64,000 bases of DNA from Candidatus Woesearchaeota archaeon (GTDB taxonomy: Archaea; Nanobdellota; Nanobdellia; Woesearchaeales; GW2011-AR4). The notes under the pieces were generated by a model, which saw nothing but the letters and a program-made list of their open reading frames with translations, was not told the origin of the DNA and ran no database searches. The translations under genes were made by a program, and so were the position numbers. The DNA is taken from the NCBI GenBank assembly GCA_016180235.1, contig JACPBQ010000002.1, positions 2,206-66,205 of the forward strand. The letters run 5' to 3'. Of this stretch, positions 27,940 to 38,186 are shown piece after piece (the first letter of the stretch is position 1; every line of letters starts with the position of its first letter).

Positions 27940-29055
27940 TTAAGCCGCTCTTTTTTGCCCTACAGCGTATATAGCCCAACCATATTTCATCCTAAAAGCA
28001 GGATCAACTTCTGTGTGAAATACCTTCCAGCTCGAGATTATGCTTCCTATATCCCTATAAGACCCATGAGGCAGATACGTATTAAAAATTGGAAAATCTT
28101 TTTCTGGAATCGTGCTTTTTTTAACTTCCTGAGAAGGAGGTATAAGCAAACCGTCCTCTTTAATAAAATCCAGTCCAGCATCCTCCATCAATCTCCTAAA
28201 ATCAAAAGTGTGCCGTCTTTCTTCCCATGGCAGCCTAGCAAAGATTTGTTTGAACCGGTCATAAACGGACTTTTCTTTTTCTCGTAAATGCGTATAAAAA
28301 GGGCTATTCACATTAGGTATGGCTATAACCACATAGCCTCCAGGTTTTGTTGTTCTTGTCATTTCACCCAACAATTGTCTTGCCTGGTCATTTTCCAGAT
28401 GCTCAAAAACGCCGGCATTGTAGACCGCATCAAATCTACCAGGTTCAAATGGAGCCTCATAAAAACTTCCTGGGACTAAATCAATCATATTTTCTACACG
28501 GTGATGTTGAGCAAGATATCGTGAAAATTCCAAACCCATTCTTGAGGTATCCAGATTTGTTACAAAAGCTCCTTGCTGCGCCAATAATATTAGTCCTATA
28601 CCGCTTCCGCCGCCAAATTCTGCTATTTTTTTACCTTTAAGATTACCACCATTTCCATCTTTAACAAGAGATGCAATAGAATCTGCCAATAAACCATACA
28701 TAAAATGCCTTCCAGGCAAAAACTGTTGGTAATCAATTCCCCCAATTCCAATTGCCATCTTTGCAGCTGCCATTTCACGAGCCCAGAATATATCCCATTG
28801 AGTGGTATCATCACCTTTTGTTGGATCTATGCCATAATGTTCCAAATAATTGTTAGCTATTTCTATGACTTCCGGAATGCATGTTACAGGCATACCCTCA
28901 TTAAGGTCAGAGACTTCAAAAGATTTTCTAGGCAATTTAGAATTGTTAAGTCTTTCTACCAAGGTTAAAGGCTTTGAACTGCCATTAGATGAACCACACC
29001 CATTATTTTTGGGAGCCACCATTTGTCCTGAATTTTTTCCAATTACGCCATTCAT
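27940..29055 (-). CDS. Class I SAM-dependent methyltransferase
   Basis: IAEFGGGSG motif I, FDAVYNAGVFEH, TKPGG. Confidence 0.82.
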   Translation of the reverse strand: MNGVIGKNSGQMVAPKNNGCGSSNGSSKPLTLVERLNNSKLPRKSFEVSDLNEGMPVTCIPEVIEIANNYLEHYGIDPTKGDDTTQWDIFWAREMAAAKMAIGIGGIDYQQFLPGRHFMYGLLADSIASLVKDGNGGNLKGKKIAEFGGGSGIGLILLAQQGAFVTNLDTSRMGLEFSRYLAQHHRVENMIDLVPGSFYEAPFEPGRFDAVYNAGVFEHLENDQARQLLGEMTRTTKPGGYVVIAIPNVNSPFYTHLREKEKSVYDRFKQIFARLPWEERRHTFDFRRLMEDAGLDFIKEDGLLIPPSQEVKKSTIPEKDFPIFNTYLPHGSYRDIGSIISSWKVFHTEVDPAFRMKYGWAIYAVGQKRAA

Positions 29056-29411
29056 TTTTCAATTATAATCTCATTTTTTAAAGATTTTTAATTTTTATAA
29101 ACATCTTTATTGCATTCTTACGATTTGCAACCATCACCCTTTTTTAAAGACAATATCTAAAAAACAATAATGACTAGCATAAACAAGAAAGCCAGATTAC
29201 AACTTAGATAAACAAAATTTCTTTTTTCCATAGCCGCTCTTATTAGGCCATATAATCAAATTCCGTTTTTAAACCTATCGCTTTTATATAAATTATATAT
29301 CTTGTTTTTAACTATAGTTAAGGATTTGCATATTTTTAATTTTATTTATTATTGTTGGCATATTGATTATTCTGAAAAAATTTATAAACTTGCATAAGAA
29401 TGGCAGATTGT

Positions 29412-29564
29412 ATGGCAATAAATTCAAAAAAAGCCTTCGTAATAAGGATAGCTTATTTCATTATCTTTGTCTTGGCCATAATACTCCTCATTTTCCTGAT
29501 AAAAAACAAGTGGGATGTAAGCGCGGCTTTTAGCGATATGGCGAAGTTATTGAGGTTAAAGTAA
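29412..29564 (+). CDS. Small single-TM protein, possibly with a class III signal peptide (50 aa)
   Basis: Manual translation MAINSKKA|FVIRIAYFIIFVLAIILLIFLIKNKWDVSAAFSDMAKLLRLK. Confidence 0.5.
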   Translation: MAINSKKAFVIRIAYFIIFVLAIILLIFLIKNKWDVSAAFSDMAKLLRLK

Positions 29565-29586
29565 GTTCATAGGTTATTTTCAGCTT

Positions 29587-30117
29587 TTAGCGTCTTTTTT
29601 TATGTTTTGCCTCTTTTTTGCATTTATCATTCCAAAGCCTCTTGATCGGTTTGAGCTCATGCCTGAACTCTTTTTTGAACCAGTCGTCAAGATAAGGGTA
29701 ATATTTGACCTTGATATTGAGCGGAAGCTGGAAGAAGTGCCCGTTGATGACTTTCCTGCAGTTCCTGCTGCCGCATTTGCATCTCATGCTCCATTGATCA
29801 TCAACATCGGAAATAGCATAGTCATAGAAAAGCTCCTCGCCTTTTTTGATGGTTTTCATGGCAAACAGCTCCCTGTTTCTCTCAAAGACATTTGGACTGC
29901 ATGAATGGTTGATGTACTTTTCAGGATACCCAAAAATCATGCACAAATCTTTTCCTATGGCTCCCATGTGATCAAGGTGGTACTTTGAGGCTGCAAGCAT
30001 TTCTTCGGTGCTTATCACTTTTCCTTTTAAGCTCAGGATGAATTCTCCTTTCCTTAGCGCTCTAGCCGCAAAAACCCCTCTGCCCCGGTTGCCCGTTTTT
30101 TTGACTATAATCTTCAT
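29587..30117 (-). CDS. SET-domain protein with post-SET cysteines
   Basis: GRGVFA, YINHSCSPN, IKKGEELFYDY, CKCGSRNCR. Confidence 0.92.
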   Translation of the reverse strand: MKIIVKKTGNRGRGVFAARALRKGEFILSLKGKVISTEEMLAASKYHLDHMGAIGKDLCMIFGYPEKYINHSCSPNVFERNRELFAMKTIKKGEELFYDYAISDVDDQWSMRCKCGSRNCRKVINGHFFQLPLNIKVKYYPYLDDWFKKEFRHELKPIKRLWNDKCKKEAKHKKRR

Positions 30118-30140
30118 TTTGATAGCACACTTGCGCTTAT

Positions 30141-31034
30141 TTATCTATTTTTTGACACAGAAAACAGCACTTCCTCTTCTATTCTTTCGGGGTAGAACTT
30201 CTTCTTGAAGTCCAGCAATGACTTGTCTGACTGGCCGAAATTCACATGCCCATATCCTTTTTTCCTGAGAAGGCTGAATTCCTCCATTACAGCTGCTTCT
30301 CCAATGCCATCAAACTTGTAGTTAAGCAGCCCCAATGCGGAATAATAATCATTGCTTCCGGGTATTTTCCAACCTCCGCTTATCGTGCATGGAATGCCAT
30401 CTACCAAGAGGGATCTTGCATTCTCTATGCCCTCAAAATTACTTTCCAGGATGTTGTCGTAAAACTGCTCCTGCCACAGGCTGTCAGCCGAGTTCCTGTT
30501 TTTTTTCCAGGAGTGCAGAATTTTCCTTAATTCCACCTGATCTGTATCTCCACATGGAACAAATTCAACCTTGTGGCTGGAATAAAGATTATTCCTGAGG
30601 TTCCTGAGTTTTTTCCATTTTTTCCCGGGAATTGCTGCATCCCAATCCTTCAGGTTATAAACTGGAAAGTAAAATGTCCTGCAATGTTCTGGAATTTTGT
30701 ATTTTCTAATATTTTTTATTTTATCCCGGTGCTCCTTGGGAACTGCAACAAATATTTTCCTTGTATTGCTGTCGGCAAAAAGATAATCCAAAAATTTTTC
30801 CAGAACCTCAGGCTTTTTTTCCTCAGGAGCCAGTATTCCTGGCAGCATCTCCCATGTGCCGGCACGATTAAAGCACATTACGCCCATGCCACCATGCTCA
30901 AAAAAGGCGCTTTTAGTCCCTTTTCCATCAAGATGCCTCAGGTTCCAGTAATTATGCTCAACGCCGTGGCCGTATTTTCCTATAGAATCCTCGATAAGCT
31001 TCTTTTTTCCTGCAATGTCAAAAATCAGCTGCAT
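30141..31034 (-). CDS. DUF2156-like / aminoacyl-tRNA-dependent transferase-fold protein
   Basis: GKKWKKLRNLRN, GIGEA, VNFGQSD..LLDFKKKFYP resemble the DUF2156 (MprF C-terminal-like) fold. Confidence 0.6.
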   Translation of the reverse strand: MQLIFDIAGKKKLIEDSIGKYGHGVEHNYWNLRHLDGKGTKSAFFEHGGMGVMCFNRAGTWEMLPGILAPEEKKPEVLEKFLDYLFADSNTRKIFVAVPKEHRDKIKNIRKYKIPEHCRTFYFPVYNLKDWDAAIPGKKWKKLRNLRNNLYSSHKVEFVPCGDTDQVELRKILHSWKKNRNSADSLWQEQFYDNILESNFEGIENARSLLVDGIPCTISGGWKIPGSNDYYSALGLLNYKFDGIGEAAVMEEFSLLRKKGYGHVNFGQSDKSLLDFKKKFYPERIEEEVLFSVSKNR

Positions 31035-31135
31035 GTTGTATGCCAGAAAAGGAGATAGTATTAAAATCTTCGGAAATTTTCTACCAGCTTGTAAATAGTA
31101 AACAGCTTTTCACATTCGGAAAAAGAGAAAAAAGA

Positions 31136-31537
31136 TTAATGCTTGACATATATATAGTCAGGATGGCTTCTTGGGAAATCCATGCCGCGCTTTATTACTT
31201 TTTTGGTGAATTTTTTTGATGCAAAAACATTGGTCAGCAGTTCTGCTGCATGCTCAACATCAAAATTCTTGCATGAGAATATGTCAATAAATGCATAGTC
31301 CTTTTCCGGAAAAGTGTGTATGCTTACGTGGCTTTCCGCAATCATGACAAATCCTGAAATGCCTGGGATTGTTGCTCCGGGATCCAGCCACTTGACAACA
31401 TGCGGCAGAATCATCTTGGTCATGCCAAGCTTTTTCGGCAACTGGTCCAGAATATCATAAACAAGGCTATGGTCAGTTAGCTTGCTCCTATCACACTGAG
31501 AAGCATCAATCGTCAGATGCTGGCCGAATTCCCTCAT
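31136..31537 (-). CDS. speD: S-adenosylmethionine decarboxylase proenzyme (class 1b family)
   Basis: GQHLTID, GISGFVMIAE|SHVSIHTFPE autocleavage site, DIFSC. Confidence 0.85.
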   Translation of the reverse strand: MREFGQHLTIDASQCDRSKLTDHSLVYDILDQLPKKLGMTKMILPHVVKWLDPGATIPGISGFVMIAESHVSIHTFPEKDYAFIDIFSCKNFDVEHAAELLTNVFASKKFTKKVIKRGMDFPRSHPDYIYVKH

Positions 31538-31618
31538 TTTTATTTTTAAAAAAAATTCACCTTTTTTGTTAAGAATTTTATTTCAAAAGTAGTATTTAAA
31601 CCTTTCTATTTATTAGGT

Positions 31619-32329
31619 TTATCGTCGGAATTTTCCGGTAAAAATTTCCAAAAAATTTTCCTTCAAAAAACAAAACATAACAGCTAAGCTTGCCAAAAAA
31701 ATTGCAGCCGACGGGAAAATCACCTTCAAAATTATTTTCGCAAAAGCATCAGAAAACAAACTTTCAGGATAAAGTACGACAATTTTCTCGGACTCGGGGT
31801 TGAATGTGTAAGTTCCTGCAGAAAAAAAAGTTTTGTGCAGCAGGCCAAAAGCAAAATCAAAATCAGTTTTTGAGACGGCAAAAAGCAAAAATGCGGCAGA
31901 TAAGGAAAGGGTGCATCCAAAAAGCAGGATTAAAAGAAATCTCTGAAATATAATTTTTGGGGCAAAGCCGAGCAAAAACGCCAATGATGCTGCTAAGATT
32001 AAAAATAGCGCTAAGGAGATAAAATAAATTTTAAGAGTCCTATGTATCAGGATTTTCACATCCAGCAGATGGGCTTTTTCTCTCTTATCAAAAAAATCTG
32101 TCCCCATAAGCTCATTGTTGCCGGGCATCTTCAAGTAATTCAAAACCTCGTTGTTTATGCTGTCAACATCATAATCCTGAAGATCATTGTAAACGCCATA
32201 TTGCAGGAATTCTTTTTTGTAAAACTCCCTGTCAAATGCAGTGGAATTGAGGGCATAGCCGTAAAATATTGCAGGAACAAGCAGTATCATAGCGATAGAA
32301 ACAGCAAGTGAAAGGCTCTTATTACGCAT
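31619..32329 (-). CDS. DUF1461/TIGR01906-like membrane protein
   Basis: EKAHLLDVK, F..LHKTFF, LYPESLF motifs; 4 TM. Confidence 0.7.
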   Translation of the reverse strand: MRNKSLSLAVSIAMILLVPAIFYGYALNSTAFDREFYKKEFLQYGVYNDLQDYDVDSINNEVLNYLKMPGNNELMGTDFFDKREKAHLLDVKILIHRTLKIYFISLALFLILAASLAFLLGFAPKIIFQRFLLILLFGCTLSLSAAFLLFAVSKTDFDFAFGLLHKTFFSAGTYTFNPESEKIVVLYPESLFSDAFAKIILKVIFPSAAIFLASLAVMFCFLKENFLEIFTGKFRR

Positions 32330-32352
32330 AAAACAGTATTGTTCACGGAAGT

Positions 32353-32841
32353 TTAAATATCTTCTTCCTTGTTTTCAAAGAAAATTGTCCTTTTTATCTT
32401 TCTGAGCAGCAGGACATCCTCAAATTCTATTTTCCTGACCTTTCTCCTCGAGGCTTCCCTTTGGGCATTTTTTATTTCCTCAAGCGCTTCCCTGTTTGCC
32501 CTGCCGATGATCCCGTTCCTTAATTTTTCCGGCACAATGGTTTTCTCATCACTCCTTCCTGCTCCATCAGCACCAATAAGTGGGCTTGGTATGTAAAGGT
32601 CCATAGGCATTGTGTTCAAAGACTCCCTGATATCACTAAGGTTGTGGTAGCCTGCCTCAAAATTGCCGTATTTTATCGATGTTATCATCTCATGCTGGCT
32701 CGGGCTGTAGAACATAGCAGCATAATCAGGAAAATCATTTGTTGCCAGATAAGAGGCAGCGCTGCTTAAGCTGTTGTGGTCCAAGCTGTATCCTGACTTG
32801 CTCAAGACCTCATATCCGGGGGTAAATCGGTTTCTGTACAT
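32353..32841 (-). CDS. Hypothetical protein
   Basis: 162-aa ORF tightly packed with its neighbours. Confidence 0.6.
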   Translation of the reverse strand: MYRNRFTPGYEVLSKSGYSLDHNSLSSAASYLATNDFPDYAAMFYSPSQHEMITSIKYGNFEAGYHNLSDIRESLNTMPMDLYIPSPLIGADGAGRSDEKTIVPEKLRNGIIGRANREALEEIKNAQREASRRKVRKIEFEDVLLLRKIKRTIFFENKEEDI

Positions 32842-32842
32842 A

Positions 32843-33292
32843 TTAATCTATAAAAACAGTTTTCTTTTCTTCTTTTATTGCCTTGTTAATCGCTTCTTCT
32901 ATAGAGCCGTGCTGCTTCCTGCTTTTCTTTTTGACTTCTTCTTTCTGCATAGCTTCAGGCCTGAACTCATTTTTTATGCTTTTGAAAAGCCCTTCTTCCT
33001 CTTCCTGATGCTGCTTTTCTTCCTTTTTTTCCTCTTCCGCTATCCTTTCTGCTATGGTGTCTTTTTCCTTTTCCTTGTCTTTATCTTCTTCTGCATTAGT
33101 TACAGACCTGTAATCATCTTTAAGCTTTTCCCCCGCATTTTTGCTGCCATAAGCATCATTCTTGTGGTAGCCTGATGGGTCATCTTTTGAGCTGTGACCG
33201 GCATAACCGCTGCCAGAGCCTCCGGCATACTTGGATTCCGATTTATGTATGTCCCACTTGTCCTCGTCCCATATATTGTGCCTTTTATACAT
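32843..33292 (-). CDS. Charged, likely disordered hypothetical protein
   Basis: 149 aa, K/E-rich. Confidence 0.6.
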   Translation of the reverse strand: MYKRHNIWDEDKWDIHKSESKYAGGSGSGYAGHSSKDDPSGYHKNDAYGSKNAGEKLKDDYRSVTNAEEDKDKEKEKDTIAERIAEEEKKEEKQHQEEEEGLFKSIKNEFRPEAMQKEEVKKKSRKQHGSIEEAINKAIKEEKKTVFID

Positions 33293-33382
33293 TTTCAGCG
33301 CTTATCATAGATTTGATGGGAGTTTCGGATATTTTTGGATTTATAAATCTTTCTATTTTTAACTACTTAAAAGTAACAATAT

Positions 33383-33889
33383 TTAATACCGAATAAGATA
33401 CTTGCTCTTGTTCAGGTCCATATCTATAAACTCATCCGCTGTTTCCTTCAGCTTTCCGGAGCATGAAGGCCCAAACGCTATAACCTCGACCCTGCACCCC
33501 ATTGCCCTCCTTAGATGCTCAAGCAAAGGCACAAAGTCTCCATCTCCTGAAACCAGAATTATTGTATCCAGCTTGTTTGCCAGCTCTATAGTGTCCATTG
33601 CAATCCCAATATCCCAGTCGCCTTTTTTTGCGCCTCCGGGAAAAGTTTGCAGGTCCTTTGTCTTAACCTCGTAGCCTATAGCCTCAAGCGCGTCATGGAA
33701 GTTTTTTTCCTCCTTTATATCCGCTTTTATTGCATAAGTTATTGCCCTTACGAGCCTCCTTCCCCTTACAGCCATCCTGAGCACCTGCGCAAAGTTGACT
33801 TTAGCGCTATACAGATTCTTTGCAGAATAGTAAAGGTTCTGCACGTCAACAAAAACTCCTACCCTTTGCTCCTTGTTTATCCTCATCAT
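33383..33889 (-). CDS. NYN domain protein (LabA/DUF88)
   Basis: VFVDVQNLY, KGDWDIGIAMD, LVSGDGDFVP. Confidence 0.92.
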   Translation of the reverse strand: MMRINKEQRVGVFVDVQNLYYSAKNLYSAKVNFAQVLRMAVRGRRLVRAITYAIKADIKEEKNFHDALEAIGYEVKTKDLQTFPGGAKKGDWDIGIAMDTIELANKLDTIILVSGDGDFVPLLEHLRRAMGCRVEVIAFGPSCSGKLKETADEFIDMDLNKSKYLIRY

Positions 33890-34024
33890 TTATGTCTCAC
33901 CCACATTTTCCATCTCCCATCATCAGGGTCCATGGCCATAAAGTTTTGATAATTGTATTTAAATCTATCTGCTGAATGCAAAAAACACTCAAATTTTATA
34001 AACTGGCAAAATACTCCTTTAGTT

Positions 34025-36478
34025 ATGGAAAGGATAAGGTTCTACCCTTTGGATGCGACCTATAAGGTAATCAATGAAAAGCCGGTCATACATCTATTTG
34101 GCAGGACTCAGGATAATAGGCAGATTTGCGTGCTTTATGACAGCTTCGAGCCGTATTTCTATGTGATACCGAAACAAAATGCTGACATAGCGAATGAGAT
34201 GAAGAATTTAAGGCTCATAGCCAATGGCGAGAAGATAGCCATAACAAGAACGGAACCGGTAAAAAAAAGGTATCTTGGGGAAGAGGTAAATGCTGTAAAG
34301 GTTTTTGCAAAGCTTCCAGGCCATGTTCCTGTAATCAGAGACGAGATAAAGAAATGGAACGATGTGAAATCGGTCAATGAGAATGACATCCTTTTTGTAA
34401 GAAGGTTCATGATAGACAGAGGCATTGTTCCTTTGACTCTTTATGAGGCTGAAGGCGATTTTACCGGCATGCAGCTGAAAGTTCCTGCATTCAGGGCAGA
34501 AAAAATAGTTGCTGTGGAAGGCGAGACTTTCGTGAATCCCAGGATGCTTGCTGTTGATATTGAAACTTACACCCCAAGCTACAAGGAGATAGAGCCGGAA
34601 AAAAACCCCATCATAATGGTTGGATTCTATGGGGAAAACTTCAGCAAAGTGGTCGTATGGAAAAGGTTTAAGACTGCTCTTGAGTATGTTGAGCATGTTG
34701 ACAGCGAAGCTGAGCTTATAAAAAAATTTAAAGAGGTGATTGAGGCATATAAGCCCGACATAATAACCGGCTATTTCTCTGATGGGTTTGATTTCCCTTA
34801 CATAAAAACAAGAGCTGACAAATATAAGGTAAAGCTGGACCTTGGCCTTGATTTCTCAGAGCTGAGGATAAAAAAAGGCATGATGGTTGCAGCGCAGATT
34901 ACCGGCATAATCCACCTTGACATATTCAAGTTCATAAGGAAGATAATGGCTGGTACTTTGGATACGGACAGGTACAACCTCAATGCTGTTGCTTCTGAGA
35001 TGCTTGACGAGAAAAAGCACGATGTCAACCTGGACGAGCTATCAAAGGCATGGGACAGTAATGCCGGGAGCATGGATGCTTATTGTAAGTATAATTTAAA
35101 CGATGCTATGCTTTGCTATAAGCTTGCTGACAAGCTCATGCCCACTATCAGCGAGATGGTGAAGATAACGGGGCTTACAATCTATGATGTCAACCGCATG
35201 GGATTTTCGCAGCTTGTAGAATGGTACTTATTAAGGCAGGCTTCCCAGTTTAACCAGATAGCCCCTAACAAGCCAAGCAATGACGAGCTGATGAAAAGAA
35301 GGCTAAGTAGCCTTAAAGGAGCTTTTGTCTTCGAGCCAAAGCCCGGGCTGTACAATAGTATAGTTGTTTTTGACTACCGCAGCCTTTATCCCACGATAAT
35401 AGGCTCCCATAACATAGGAATAGGGACAATGAATTGCGCTTGCTGCAAGGGAGAGGCAAAAAGAGCTCCTTTGGAAAACGAGGATGTGTGGTTCTGTGAG
35501 AAAAGGAAAGGATTCATACCTACGATGATAGAGGAGCTGATAACAAGGAGGATGAGGATAAAGGAGATAATAAAAGACCAGAGCGGGGAAAAGTTTGCGG
35601 TTCTGGATGCGAGGCAGAACAGCCTTAAGCTTCTTGCAAACTCTTTCTACGGCTATCTTGGCTTTTATGCAGCAAGGTGGTATTCATTGGAATGCGCGCA
35701 GGCAACAACCGCCTATGGGAGATACTACATAAAACAGGTGATTGACAAAGCGCAGAAGAATGATTTTAAGGTCATTTACTCCGACACAGACAGCGTCTTT
35801 TTGACTCTTGACGGGAAGAAAGAGCAGGACGCATTAAGGTTTGTCGAGAAGATAAACCAGGAGCTTCCGGGATTGATGGAGCTTGAGTTTGAGGGATACT
35901 ACCCGAGCGGTATTTTTGTGTCTGCAAAGATGGGTGATTTTGGTGCAAAGAAAAGATATGCTTTAATTTCCAGCGACGGGATAGTAAAAATAAAGGGCTT
36001 TGAAAGCGTAAGGAGGAATACTTCCCTTATTGCAAAAGAAACCCAGGAGAAAGTTTTTGAGGTTATACTTAAGGATCATGACAATGACAAGGCTCTGAAA
36101 TACGTAAAGCAGGTTGTTGAGGATCTAAGAGGCAAAAAAGTTCCTCTTGATAAAGTCATAATCCATACGCAATTGCAGAGGGACATTTCCGATTATGATT
36201 CCAAAGGCCCGCATGTGGCGGTTGCCCAGAGGCTCAAGAACAAAGGCATAAATGTCGGTCCGGGATCTGCAATAAGCTTTGTTGTTACCCAGGGCAGCGA
36301 CATAATAAGGAACCGGGCAAAACTTCCAGAGGAAGTAAAGCAAAATGAGTATGACTCAGATTATTATATCCACAACCAGGTGATTCCTGCTGTTGAGAGG
36401 ATATTCAATGTTCTCGGATACAGGAAAGATGAGCTGTTGGAGGCAAAAGAGCAGACTAAGCTGGCTGGTTTCTTTTAA
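34025..36478 (+). CDS. polB: Family B DNA polymerase
   Basis: Exo I DIET, FDFPY, DYRSLYPTII, KLLANSFYGY, YSDTDS; start moved to ATG 34025. Confidence 0.95.
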   Translation: MERIRFYPLDATYKVINEKPVIHLFGRTQDNRQICVLYDSFEPYFYVIPKQNADIANEMKNLRLIANGEKIAITRTEPVKKRYLGEEVNAVKVFAKLPGHVPVIRDEIKKWNDVKSVNENDILFVRRFMIDRGIVPLTLYEAEGDFTGMQLKVPAFRAEKIVAVEGETFVNPRMLAVDIETYTPSYKEIEPEKNPIIMVGFYGENFSKVVVWKRFKTALEYVEHVDSEAELIKKFKEVIEAYKPDIITGYFSDGFDFPYIKTRADKYKVKLDLGLDFSELRIKKGMMVAAQITGIIHLDIFKFIRKIMAGTLDTDRYNLNAVASEMLDEKKHDVNLDELSKAWDSNAGSMDAYCKYNLNDAMLCYKLADKLMPTISEMVKITGLTIYDVNRMGFSQLVEWYLLRQASQFNQIAPNKPSNDELMKRRLSSLKGAFVFEPKPGLYNSIVVFDYRSLYPTIIGSHNIGIGTMNCACCKGEAKRAPLENEDVWFCEKRKGFIPTMIEELITRRMRIKEIIKDQSGEKFAVLDARQNSLKLLANSFYGYLGFYAARWYSLECAQATTAYGRYYIKQVIDKAQKNDFKVIYSDTDSVFLTLDGKKEQDALRFVEKINQELPGLMELEFEGYYPSGIFVSAKMGDFGAKKRYALISSDGIVKIKGFESVRRNTSLIAKETQEKVFEVILKDHDNDKALKYVKQVVEDLRGKKVPLDKVIIHTQLQRDISDYDSKGPHVAVAQRLKNKGINVGPGSAISFVVTQGSDIIRNRAKLPEEVKQNEYDSDYYIHNQVIPAVERIFNVLGYRKDELLEAKEQTKLAGFF

Positions 36479-36535
36479 TAGTTACTTAATAGTGGTTAAA
36501 CAATAGAAAGATTTAAATATGATAATTTTGCACTT

Positions 36536-37300
36536 GTGGTTTCTATGCACAAAGGAGCAATTTTGGATTTTGATGGTACTTTATGGGATTCATCTTTCTA
36601 TGAAAAACGAGTAGTTGAAAATGCTGTGAGTGCAATGAGGATGACAGGACTCCCTGCTTTATCGCAAAATGAAGCCGTAAGTAGGTTAATGGAAATAAGA
36701 AGAAAAGACCCCAATGCTCCGGACCATTTTGACCAGTTATGTCATGCATATGCGTTAGGAGAGAAAGAATCAGGAAGAATTGTTAGAACAGGAATTAATA
36801 CTTATCATGCAATAAGAGATGGTTTATTTGTCCCACAGCCAGAAACAGACAGTTTTTTAGACTTTCTTGTAGATGAAGGATTTAAAAGCTGCGTGATTAC
36901 CCGAGGCATAAGACAAAAACAGATAGATAAGCTAAATAGGCTGGGGATTCTTAGATATTTCTCAGCTGATGGAGAGGATGGCAGTTTCGTTTATGTGCTT
37001 GAAAATGCTGCAGACAAAGTAGTAGGCAAAAGAAATCTTGCATTAGAAGCGATAGCTGATTTGGGTCTCGATCCTTCCTTAAGCTTCGTCCTTGATGACA
37101 GGCCTTACGGCATAGTTGCTGCAAAGATGGCTGGGGTAAAATATGGAATAAGAGTCAAACAAGGGAAGTATGCAGATGAAGATTATGGCGAGATTGATGA
37201 GCAGTTTAGGGAAGATGCTGCAGTAAGCAACCTATGGGAAGCTGCCAATGCAGTTAAAAAGTTGATAATTCCTGAAAGAGTTCTTCGGGTTGTTCAATAA
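36536..37300 (+). CDS. HAD-superfamily hydrolase
   Basis: DFDGTL motif I, ITRG, LDDRP. Confidence 0.85.
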   Translation: MVSMHKGAILDFDGTLWDSSFYEKRVVENAVSAMRMTGLPALSQNEAVSRLMEIRRKDPNAPDHFDQLCHAYALGEKESGRIVRTGINTYHAIRDGLFVPQPETDSFLDFLVDEGFKSCVITRGIRQKQIDKLNRLGILRYFSADGEDGSFVYVLENAADKVVGKRNLALEAIADLGLDPSLSFVLDDRPYGIVAAKMAGVKYGIRVKQGKYADEDYGEIDEQFREDAAVSNLWEAANAVKKLIIPERVLRVVQ

Positions 37301-37354
37301 AAACATTTAAATACCCTTAATCTTATTTTATAATTCTATATATTATTTTATAAG

Positions 37355-37507
37355 ATGGAAGAGAGATTCCTGAGGATGATAAGGAAGACCGGAACAAGCC
37401 TTGGTATAAACATACCCACGGAAATAATCAAGCTTCTAAGATTAAAGGAGGATGACATGGTAAGGATTACCATAGAAAAAGTAAAAAAAGGTGCTGGGAA
37501 GACTTAG
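37355..37507 (+). CDS. AbrB/MazE-family DNA-binding protein (50 aa)
   Basis: Manual translation MEERFLRMIRKTGTSLGINIPTEIIKLLRLKEDDMVRITIEKVKKGAGKT. Confidence 0.78.
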   Translation: MEERFLRMIRKTGTSLGINIPTEIIKLLRLKEDDMVRITIEKVKKGAGKT

Positions 37508-37552
37508 TTCTTCCGGCACCTCTTAAAAATTTATAAAATAAATTTTTAAAAG

Positions 37553-38083
37553 GTGGTAAGGATTAACCTGGATGAGATAAAGGACAGCCTGGAAGAATTG
37601 CATGCCCATAATATCGTATTTGAAGGGCTGGAACACGGGCTGTATGAGGAAAGCCTGATTGATAATTATGACTATGCAAGGCTGGGGTCTGTCATCTCTG
37701 AAATAAAGGGGAAAAAGGGCATTGCAAATAAGCTGAAAAGCATGAGCCATAATGTTGATTTGTTGAATGGCATTGTGCTAGAAAAAAGCCATATCAAGCA
37801 TCAGAGTTTCGTGACGAGAATAATTGAGAATAACCTGAACTGCATGAACTCCGTGATTGAAGACTTGATCCTGTTAAAAGGGAATTTAGACGAGCTTGAA
37901 TATTTGAATGGAAGTTTATTGAGCAGCAGACTGCCATTGGATATAAAAATACTGCTAGAGCAGAACTTTGAAAGAAAACATAAAAAAATGAGTGAGATTT
38001 ATGCAAAGCAAAAGAATTTAATGGTAAATTTAAGCCGCATATTCATCAAGCTTGCCAAAAAATCCGTATTTAGCAGGAGATAA
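37553..38083 (+). CDS. Hypothetical helical protein
   Basis: 176-aa ORF; no family recognised. Confidence 0.55.
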   Translation: MVRINLDEIKDSLEELHAHNIVFEGLEHGLYEESLIDNYDYARLGSVISEIKGKKGIANKLKSMSHNVDLLNGIVLEKSHIKHQSFVTRIIENNLNCMNSVIEDLILLKGNLDELEYLNGSLLSSRLPLDIKILLEQNFERKHKKMSEIYAKQKNLMVNLSRIFIKLAKKSVFSRR

Positions 38084-38138
38084 ACATTTAAAAAAGGCCA
38101 ATATTCTCTATCAAAATAAAAAAATCGTAAACTGCGTT

Positions 38139-38186
38139 TCGGGATATCGTAGATATCCCTAGACGCTGTTTTACGGGCACGTAAAA
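38139..38186. repeat. Diverged third copy of the two-hairpin element
   Basis: GGGATATC-GTA-GATATCCC, linker TAGACGCTG, TTTTACG-GGCA-CGTAAAA; directly abuts the ileS ATG. Confidence 0.75.

Noticed and set aside
9122..36478. Inteins in the secretion ATPase or PolB
   Set aside because: Motif spacing is continuous and no intein termini are visible.
37355..38083. AbrB/MazE gene plus downstream ORF as a toxin-antitoxin pair
   Set aside because: The downstream protein shows no PIN/MazF/RelE motifs.
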